In this document: one piece after another, positions 1 to 9,271 of the stretch
Layout of the letters: every line of letters begins with the position of its first letter
Numbering within the stretch: position 1 is the stretch's first letter
Assembly: GCA_013416795.1 (NCBI GenBank)
Contig: RQSC01001337.1
Location: 7,593 to 55,898 of the forward strand
DNA: 48,306 nt
Origin: Prasinococcaceae sp. CCMP 1430
Lineage: Eukaryota > Plantae > Prasinodermophyta
Direction: 5' to 3'
Notes under the pieces: model-generated
What the model was told of the DNA's origin: nothing
Seen by the model: only the letters and a program-made list of their open reading frames with translations
Databases searched by the model: none
Made by a program: the position numbers and the translations under genes

Positions 1-290
1 CCGCGCCGCTCGCCGCGGCGGACGTCGCGCGCGCAGTGCGCAGCGCCGAGGCGCGCGCGAAACCCGCAGGGCGGGGCGGGAGCGGGGGGATAGGAGAGGG
101 GGCGGCCAGCGCCAGACAGGTGAGCACATGCGCGCACACACACGCGCACGTGCGCACGCGCTTGCACACACACACGCGCGCGCGCATGGCGTGCGCGCGA
201 GAGAGCGCAGGGGCATGTGTGCGCGCACACGCAGGGACTGACAGGGACCCGCCTGCACGTGCTCCTACGCATGCACACACGCGCACAAAG

Positions 291-2739
291 GAGGGAGGCG
301 ACGGCGGGGTGGCGGCCGGGGGGAGCGCAGAGGGCGCCGACGGCGGCGCCGACGGCAAGGGGGAGAGCGGCGGTCCCGTCGCGGCGGAGATCGCCGAGGA
401 GGTCGTCACCGCGGCGCCCGCGGAGGAGCTCGAGGCGCTCGAGGCGGCGCTCGCCGAGGCCACGCGCGCGGCGGAGTCGGAGGTGGGCGATGTGGAGGGT
501 GGCGGCAAGACGCACCCGCTGGTGCCGCTGCGCGCGCAGCTCGCGGCGCGCTGCGGCGTCGCGCGCTGGAAGGNNNNNNNNNNNNNNNNNNNNNNNNNNN
601 NNNNNNNNNNNNNNNNNNNNNNNNNNNNNNNNNNNNNNNNNNNNNNNNNNNNNNNNNNNNNNNNNNNNNNNNNNNNNNNNNNNNNNNNNNNNNNNNNNNN
701 NNNNNNNNNNNNNNNNNNNNNNNNNNNNNNNNNNNNNNNNNNNNNNNNNNNNNNNNNNNNNNNNNNNNNNNNNNNNNNNNNNNNNNNNNNNNNNNNNNNN
801 NNNNNNNNNNNNNNNNNNNNNNNNNNNNNNNNNNNNNNNNNNNNNNNNNNNNNNNNNNNNNNNNNNNNNNNNNNNNNNNNNNNNNNNNNNNNNNNNNNNN
901 NNNNNNNNNNNNNNNNNNNNNNNNNNNNNNNNNNNNNNNNNNNNNNNNNNNNNNNNNNNNNNNNNNNNNNNNNNNNNNCGGCGCGCGCGTCGTCGTGCGT
1001 GCCGAGGCCACGCCGTGGCTGTACCGCCCGCTCGCACTGAGCGGCCTCGCGCTCGCGTTTTCCGCGCTCGCGTGGCTGGCATTCTCGCCGCCGCCGTCGG
1101 GCACCGATGACGACGCCAAAGTACGGAGCGAACGCGGGCGCGAGGCGTGGCCGATCGAGCGCGCGCCCGCGAACGTGCGCACGCGCGCTCGCACGTGCAC
1201 GTGTACGCGCACGCATACCGCATGCGTCGGCGTGCGCACGCGCTGACGCGCACGCACGCGCACGCACGCGCACGCGCACGCACGCGCACGCACAACCACG
1301 CACACACCCACTCACTCACTCACACTCGCACTCGCACACACGCACACACACAGGTGCGCCGCGGACTGTTGGGTGCCTCGATCGCCTTTTTGACGTTCTG
1401 CGGCTTACAGCTGCGCGTCACGTCGTACCGCCGCCCGCATCCCGTCATTTGGCGCGTGCTGAAGGGCTGCGAGATCCTGTACCTGCTGGGCGTCACCTAC
1501 CTCCTCATGCAGACGCCGCACGACGCGCGCATGGCGCTGCGCGTGTTCGACGCCGAGCTGGGCGTCCTGCCCGAGGAGAACTTCAGGACGTACGCCGCCG
1601 ACTGCCGGCTGTACGCGCCCGAGCTCGAGGTGTGTGCGCGCGGACGCGCGCGCGGATAGCGCTCCGTCACGGTCGCTCGCTCACCCTCTCCCTCGCGCGC
1701 ACACGCGCGCGTGCACGCACGCGCGTTCGAACGCACACACATGCACTCTCACACACGTACGCACGCACTCACCCACCCCCAGGATCCGTGGGCGAACGTG
1801 CGCGATAGTGCGGACGTCTTCGTGCTCGCACACATCTTCGGTTGGGTTGTCAAGGCGTTCATTGTACGCGACTGGGCGCTGTTGTGGGTGTGGTCGCTCA
1901 CGTGGGAGCTGGTCGAGGTGTCGCTGCAGCATGTGCTCCCCAACTTCAAGGAGTGCTGGTGGGACCACTGGGTGCTGGACGTGACCACGTGCAATCTTAT
2001 TGGCGCCGCCATCGGCATGGCGCTGTGCAAGCACTTCGAGGGGCGCAGGTATGACTGGATGGGCCTGTCGTCCACCCCCTTGCCGCGCGGCAAGCTCATG
2101 CGCGTGATCGCGCACGTCACGCCCTTCCAGTGGATGTCGCACCGCTGGGCGGTGCTCTCGAGCTGGCGGCGCATGCTCTACGTCATCACACCGATAGTGG
2201 TTGGCAACGTCATGGAGCTGCTGCTCTTCCTGCTCAAGTTCAACCTATGGCTCACGCCAAGCCACCCCGTGGTCGTCGTGCGCATGGCCGTCGTCGCCAA
2301 TTACCAGATGCTCGCCATGCGCGAGTGGTACGACTACATGGTCGGCAACGAGGAGGCGGCCCTCGGCAGACGCGACAGGGACACGGTGCGCATCGGATCT
2401 GACACGTTGCTGTCATTTGCCGCCACCGGTGTGGAGGCGCTGATGATGCTCAAGTTCTGGGTGCTCGACCCCGATCAGTACGGCGCCGTCGCCAGGTACA
2501 ACCCTGCGGCGGCCGCGCGCCCGCACGTCCCCGCGCCGCGCACGGTGGCGCGCTGCTGGGCCGTGTCGCTAGTCGCGTTCGTGGCGTGGGCGTTCGCCTA
2601 CTTCGGCAGCGGCGGCCAGGCCCCAAAGCCGCCGCGGTCGCGCCTCGCCAGGGCCGCGGTCAACGCGCTCCTCGCCGCCAGCGCGGCGCCGCTGCTGCTG
2701 CTCTACGCACTCGACTTCGCCGACACTTTCGCGCTCTGA
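291..2739 (+). CDS. PSS1: Base-exchange-type phosphatidylserine synthase (PSS1/PTDSS-like), spliced; 5' end interrupted by N gap
   Basis: Exons ~979-1120, 1354-1629 and 1783-2739 join in phase through GT-AG introns 1121-1353 and 1630-1782. The product has WLYRP, YAADCRLY, DVFVLAHIFGW, LPNFKECWWDHWVLDVTTCN and multiple TM helices typical of the PSS family. Exon ~291-573, before the gap, is a probable but unproven N-terminal part. Confidence 0.88.
574..978. other. Assembly gap (N run)
   Basis: Run of N; further gaps at 5517-6482 and 9123-9271. Confidence 1.
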
Positions 2740-2982
2740 GGGCCGACGAGGCGACGGCGAGCGCGCGAGCGTGCGAGAGCGCAGCGACTCCGACTCGCGC
2801 CGGCACTGCTTGTGAGCGCGCGCGCCCCATTTTGATCATAACAATTCCAAATGAGCTGCTCGCAAGCGTGCACGGCACCGCGGCGGCTCGCGAGCGTGCG
2901 CTCGCACTGCGACACCTCGCGTGGTCGCAAGTATCTGTACACATTATTCATGATGCAAAATATGCCCCGCGCGCGGCATGGC

Positions 2983-3226
2983 TCAGGCGGCACCGGCACC
3001 CGGTGCGGCCACCTTGCGTGGCCGCCCGCGACCGCGCTTGACGGGCACGACCACCTCGGCGCCGGCTTCGACCTTGCCTGCGAGCCCCTTGGGAAGGCTG
3101 CCGGCCATGGCGGCGACGGAGAGCTTGCGCCGCTGCTGCGCCTGCTCGGCGGGGCTTGCGGTCGACGACGAAGCGGCGGCGCTGCCGCTCACGTACTCGC
3201 GCAGGACGCCCGAGCGTGTGGGCTGG

Positions 3227-3261
<35 letters not shown>

Positions 3262-5465
3262 AATGCGCTCGCGCGTGAGCGCGAAGGCATCGCCGATGTC
3301 TTCGAGCGTGTGCATGACGCCGTCCTCCAGGCCGTAGCGCAGACGCAGCACGTCGCGCTCACGCGGGGCCAGCGTGTTGAGCACACTCTCGATGTCCTCG
3401 CGCATCATCATCGACAGCGCGCCGCCGTCACCATCCTGGCTCTGCGCGTCCTCGGTCACCGCCTGGTCCATTATCGTCTGCGAGCGCCCCCCGTTGACGC
3501 TCGCGCTCGAGCCACCGCCGCCGCCGCGCCCTCCGATCTCCTGATCGAGGCTCATCGTGTCCTCCGCCGCCGCGAGCACGCTCTCGAGCTTGGTCTTGGG
3601 AACGCCCACCTCCTTGGCCAGCCACTGCGTGCTGGGCTCCACGCCCGTGCGCTCCGTCTCCTCCCGCCGAATGCGATTGACCCGCTGAAGAAGCTCCACG
3701 AGATGGACTGGCAGGCGGATGATGCGCCCCTGGTCCGCGAGCGCGCGCGTGACGCTCTGCCGCACCCACCAAGTGGCGTACGTCGAGAACTTGAAGCCCT
3801 TGGAGCCGTCGAACTTCTCGGCGCCGCGGATGAGCCCGAAGGTACCCTCGATGATGAGGTCCTCCAGCGTCAGCCCCTGCCCCTGGTAGCGCTTCGCCAC
3901 GCTGAACACAAGTCGCTGGTTCGCGTTGATCATGCGCTCGCGGCAGCGCGTGCCGTGCTCGAAGCGGGCGTGGAGCTCCTCGACACTCAGCTCAGCGTGC
4001 GCCGCCCACGACGCGTCGTCCAGGCGCGCGAAGGCCTCCTCGCGCAGCGCCCTCAGTTCGCGCCCTGCGCGCCCGCGCGCCGTGGGCTCGTCGTCTTCGT
4101 CGATCGCGCCGGCCCCCTTGGCCTTCGGAAGGAGGCCAACGGCGCGGCACGCGCGCAGGCGCGCCTTGCGCAGCCGCACCAGCTCTGCGATGCCCTGGCT
4201 GAGCTCCACCTCTTCCTGCGCCGTTAGCAAGCCGTCGTTCGACACGTTGGCCATGAACGCCTTGATGGGCTCGTTGTTCTGCTGAGAGACGGCGGAGCGA
4301 ACCTTGGCTGCCTGCTCCTCCTCGGCGGCCGTGAGCGGTCGCCGGTCTGCCACATTCGGCGACGGTGCGACGGCCACGGCGGCCACGCGCCCGCCACTGA
4401 GCGCGGGAGCGCGCCGGCGCTGCTGCGAGGCGGTCTTCCTGCCGCTTCGGCGCCGGCGCCCCACCGCACCGCCACCCGCACCACCAACACCCCCCCGCGC
4501 AGCCAAGCCGACCGGCAGGCCCACGCTACGCACCGCAGCGACGCGCGCTGCCTCCGCGTCAGCATCCGCCGCCGCGTGCTGTGCCTTCCCCGCGCCATCG
4601 CCGTCCTCCGCCACCGTCTCCTCCAGCTCGCGCGCATTGAGCGCGAGGCCCTCGGTCTCGACCGCCCCGATCAGAATGGTCAGCAGCGCGCCGCGCTCGG
4701 CCTCCTTGGCGGCCTTGGAGCGCGCGCTCAGGGAAGAGTCGATGGACTCGGCGGCGGCGGACACGTCCACGCCCGCCTGCTTCGACACGTGCCGCAGCTC
4801 TTCCAGGCCCATCGCCCGCAGCGGGCGCTGGTACAGGGGAAGCTCGCCGCGCGCGACCAGCACCGTCTCCGCGAGGTCGCCCTTGATACCCGCGGCGGGC
4901 ACCGAGGCCTCGGCGAGCGCTGAGCGCAGGTCTCCCATTGAGACGCGCAGGAGCGCAGCGAAGGACTTCGGCAGGTGCGCGAGCGGGCCGCGCTCATCGG
5001 GGGGGAGCACCACGAAGTCGGGGAGGTCGTCTGCCGCCTTTGGCGCCCGGGCGCGCGCCGACCGCGCGGGCCCTCCGCGCACCGCCGCCGGCAGCTTGAA
5101 GTCGTCGTCTGCGTCGCCATCCGGGCGCGACTGTGGCCTCGCCGCTCCGTCCTGCGCCACCGCCCTGTCCACCTCAGCGTACGCCCGCATCGCCGCCTGC
5201 GCCTCCGCGAGAAGCGATGCAATGTCATCCGCTCCCGCTCCCGCCGCCGACGCGTCCGCGCCTGACGCCTGCTCGGCCGCGTCGCGCGCGCCGCCCGGCA
5301 CCGCCACCTCGCCCGCGTCGAGCTCGAGGTCGGTCGCCCAAGACGCCAGCGCGTGCGCACTGCTGCCGCCGCGCAGCGCGGGCGCGGCCTTCTTCACCTT
5401 GGACGAGCGCCGCACGCGCGCCCGCGCGCCCGCTTCGCCGCCCGCGGCGCTGCACCATGTCGCAG
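2983..5465 (-). CDS. SIG1: Nucleus-encoded plastid sigma-70 factor (SIG/RpoD-like), main 3' exon; upstream exons in or beyond the gap 5517-6482
   Basis: Region 2 ([16 protein letters not shown]...[26 protein letters not shown]), region 3 (GRIIRLPVH) and region 4 HTH ([12 protein letters not shown]...[28 protein letters not shown]). The acceptor CTGCAG at 5466-5471 is preceded by a polypyrimidine tract. The SIG1 versus other SIG subtype is not resolved. Confidence 0.93.
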
Positions 5466-6653
5466 CTGCAGGGACGGAGAGAATGGGGAAGGGGGGGGGG
5501 GGGGGGGGGGGGGGGGNNNNNNNNNNNNNNNNNNNNNNNNNNNNNNNNNNNNNNNNNNNNNNNNNNNNNNNNNNNNNNNNNNNNNNNNNNNNNNNNNNNN
5601 NNNNNNNNNNNNNNNNNNNNNNNNNNNNNNNNNNNNNNNNNNNNNNNNNNNNNNNNNNNNNNNNNNNNNNNNNNNNNNNNNNNNNNNNNNNNNNNNNNNN
5701 NNNNNNNNNNNNNNNNNNNNNNNNNNNNNNNNNNNNNNNNNNNNNNNNNNNNNNNNNNNNNNNNNNNNNNNNNNNNNNNNNNNNNNNNNNNNNNNNNNNN
5801 NNNNNNNNNNNNNNNNNNNNNNNNNNNNNNNNNNNNNNNNNNNNNNNNNNNNNNNNNNNNNNNNNNNNNNNNNNNNNNNNNNNNNNNNNNNNNNNNNNNN
5901 NNNNNNNNNNNNNNNNNNNNNNNNNNNNNNNNNNNNNNNNNNNNNNNNNNNNNNNNNNNNNNNNNNNNNNNNNNNNNNNNNNNNNNNNNNNNNNNNNNNN
6001 NNNNNNNNNNNNNNNNNNNNNNNNNNNNNNNNNNNNNNNNNNNNNNNNNNNNNNNNNNNNNNNNNNNNNNNNNNNNNNNNNNNNNNNNNNNNNNNNNNNN
6101 NNNNNNNNNNNNNNNNNNNNNNNNNNNNNNNNNNNNNNNNNNNNNNNNNNNNNNNNNNNNNNNNNNNNNNNNNNNNNNNNNNNNNNNNNNNNNNNNNNNN
6201 NNNNNNNNNNNNNNNNNNNNNNNNNNNNNNNNNNNNNNNNNNNNNNNNNNNNNNNNNNNNNNNNNNNNNNNNNNNNNNNNNNNNNNNNNNNNNNNNNNNN
6301 NNNNNNNNNNNNNNNNNNNNNNNNNNNNNNNNNNNNNNNNNNNNNNNNNNNNNNNNNNNNNNNNNNNNNNNNNNNNNNNNNNNNNNNNNNNNNNNNNNNN
6401 NNNNNNNNNNNNNNNNNNNNNNNNNNNNNNNNNNNNNNNNNNNNNNNNNNNNNNNNNNNNNNNNNNNNNNNNNNNNNNNNNNCGCGCGGCCCGCGCGCGC
6501 GCGCGAGCGAGCGAGGGCTCCCGAGCCCCCGTGCGCGCGCGCGCGCAACGCGCCTGCTTTTTAACATCCTCGTCGGCCGCGTGCTTCCACACCTGCTTCC
6601 ACGCCCCCAGGCTCAAACTGACCTTCAATCTTTCGCGTGCGTCCCGACCTCAC

Positions 6654-6857
6654 CCGCGCGCGACGCATGCGCCCGAACACCGGCCGCCGCGCGCGAGCGC
6701 GCGCGGCCGCCGCGGGGGATGAGGCCGCGGCGGCGTGGTGTGGTGACGTGTGTGTGCGGGGCAGCGCACGTGCGGCGACGGCCGGGGGTCGGTACGGACA
6801 AAGGGGGGAGGAGGCGCGGCGAGGGAGGGGGGAGCTCCCTCGCTTGGGCGGCGGCAT
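6654..6857 (-). CDS. Possible first exon (transit-peptide-like) of the sigma factor
   Basis: ATG at 6857 gives an Ala/Arg/Ser/Pro-rich peptide with no acidic residues (MPPPKRGSSP...ARARRPVFGRMRRAR) ending at a GTGAG donor (6653). The link to the sigma exon cannot be checked across the gap. Confidence 0.3.
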
Positions 6858-7379
6858 GACCCGGCCGGGGGCACCACCACGACCGCCACGGCGCTCGCGG
6901 CGCTCGCGGGCGGCCAGCCGGCCAGGGCCGACGGCAGCCACCCACACACCGCCCACTCAGCGGGCCAGCCGCCGGCGGTGACGTGGGCCGCCGAGGGGGC
7001 GACGGCGGCCCAGGGGCGCCTCGCGCGCGGCGGAAAAAAGCGCACGCCGGGAGGGCGTGCGTTTTGACGCGATGGCGTCTGTGGTTGAGAGTCTCTCGCG
7101 AGGAGGCGACGCGCGAAGCGGCGACGACGCGCGGGAGCGACGGATTTATGAGAGGCGATTTGAAATGAGAAAATGTGTGTTTGAGTGTTTCGTGAAGGTA
7201 GCCCGAGGCGCGCGAAGGCGTCGGCCAGCCCGCGGTCGACCCCGGTCTGCGGGCGTGCTCACCGGGTCTTTCCCCTTCGTGTGTCCGACTCAGGGGCGAA
7301 AGCGCGCGCGAATACGAGAATAGCGCGGGCAGCCCCGGGGTGCTGCTGCTGCTTCGCACGCCCACGCCAGCTTGGCAGT

Positions 7380-8562
7380 TCACACAACGAACTTTTGCAG
7401 GACGTCGTTTCTGGTGACGAGCCCACGGAACTCGTCGAAGCTGCGCGCGTGGCGGGCGTCAGCGGCGCGCGAGCACGATCACGAGCACGACGCGCAGAAG
7501 CACGAGCACGATCACGAGCACGCGCAGACGCACCTGAGCTTTCCGTCGCCGTCCTTGTCGTTGTCCTCGATGGCGGCGGCCACCATCGCGGCGACCTGCG
7601 ACGCGCTGAACTGCCGCCCGAAGAGCATGCCGATCATCACCGAGAGCTCGCGGCGGTCCACGAAGCCGTCGCCTGCGCGCGACGCGCGCGTCGGGGCGCG
7701 GGTGAGAGAAAGAGAGACACAGAGAGAGAGAGAGAGAGTCAGGCGCAGTCGCATCGCCGAGCGCCGCCCACATGACTGCCCAGTGTTCGGGCGCGCCGGA
7801 GCTCGCGCGTGCACACACGCACAAACAAGCGCGCGCGTGCACACACGCACGCACAAGCGCACGCGCGCACACGCGCGCACAAGCGCACGAGCATGCATCC
7901 GCACACGCGCGCACATGCTCGCGCGCACATGCCCTCGCACATGCACACGCGCACGCGTACAGCTCTCCACACTCGCGTGCGAGCAGAGCCGCGCTCGCGC
8001 GCCCGCCCACAACGCACCGTCCAGGTCGTACACCTTGAAGATGAGCCTGCGCTTCTGGTCCATATTGGTGACGTCCCTGAGCGAGCCTAGCGCGTGGGCG
8101 AACTCGAGGAACTCGATGCGGCCGTCGCTGTTGCTGTCTATTGTGTGGTGCGCGCGCGCGTCTATGTGTGTTAGTGTGCGAGCGCGCGCGATCATGTGCG
8201 CGAGAGCGTGTGCGCATGCACCTGTGTGCGCGCTTTTCGCGGGCTCCGCGCTGCACGCACCGAAGAGCTCGAAGACGCGCTGGGCGAATGGGTTGCCCGC
8301 CATCTCGGGCAGCGCGGCGAACTCGTCGCGCGTGATGTAGCTGTCCGCCCCGGCAATTGCGGCGAAGCGCCTGTGTGCACGCGTGTCAGTGCGCGCTCGA
8401 GCGCGCGCTCAGGGGCGCGAGCGAGCGGAAGAGCGACAGGGTGAGTGCGCGCGGGCGCCCTCACTTCTTGAGCCTCGCCATCTCCTTGGGGCTGAGCTCC
8501 GCGCCCTTGGCGCGCACAGCCTCCACGTCGCCCTTGTTGGCCTTGCTCCCGCCGCCGCCCAT
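7380..8562 (-). CDS. Calcineurin B / CHP-like EF-hand protein, 175 aa, 5 exons, N-myristoylation motif
   Basis: Exons 8562-8465, 8370-8261, 8137-8018, 7672-7534 and 7440-7380 total 528 nt in frame, all GT-AG. The product starts MGGGGSK and has NPFAQRVFELFDSNSDGRIEF, KVYDLDGDGFVDRREL and DNDKDGDGKLSFDEF. Confidence 0.85.
7469..7533. repeat. Short tandem duplication (~33 nt unit) in CnB-like intron 4
   Basis: CACGAGCACGATCACGAGCACG(A)CGCGCAGA occurs twice. Confidence 0.8.
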
Positions 8563-8793
8563 CGCCGCGCGCCGCGCGCCGCACCGCGCGCGGGCGCGCG
8601 CGCGCGGTGTGCCGAGCACGTACGCACGCCCACGCCCACGCAAGTTCTCGCACGCTCGCGTCAGTGCGCACGCGCGCCACGCGCGCTGCGCGGGCCACGC
8701 TCGCGTAGCCGGTCCCCCCCCCCTCCCCCCCCCTGCCCGTCACTACGCGCGCGCCAACGCGCTGGGAACGCAACGCAACTTGAACGGGCATTT

Positions 8794-8883
8794 GGATTCC
8801 TGGATTCCACTCTTTTCCCTCCTTATCCTGAGGATTCCAAGTCCGATTCAATTAGGACATACTCATCGTCCCATTGGGATTCC
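8794..8883. promoter_or_regulatory. Cluster of four GGATTCC motifs in the divergent CnB/RAD16 promoter region
   Basis: GGATTCC at 8794, 8802, 8832 and 8877 in an AT-richer intergenic core, plus CCTTATCC at 8821. Function is inferred only. Confidence 0.4.
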
Positions 8884-9271
8884 ATCCAGAGCGTCGCGCG
8901 CGCGCGCGCGGCTCGCCCGCGCGCTTGAAACGGAAACCGCGGCCTTCAACACGGCCTCTCTGAGTCTCAAAACATGGTACAGTATGCGGTACGCGGATCG
9001 AAATGCGGTGCTCTCCGCGAATGATTCGCGAGGTGTTCGGGTCATGTTTAGGGTAGGGTTGCGATCGCGCGCGCGCGGGTGCGCGCGAGGCGCGCCACAC
9101 GCGCGCGGAGGCGCGGGGCGCCNNNNNNNNNNNNNNNNNNNNNNNNNNNNNNNNNNNNNNNNNNNNNNNNNNNNNNNNNNNNNNNNNNNNNNNNNNNNNN
9201 NNNNNNNNNNNNNNNNNNNNNNNNNNNNNNNNNNNNNNNNNNNNNNNNNNNNNNNNNNNNNNNNNNNNNNN

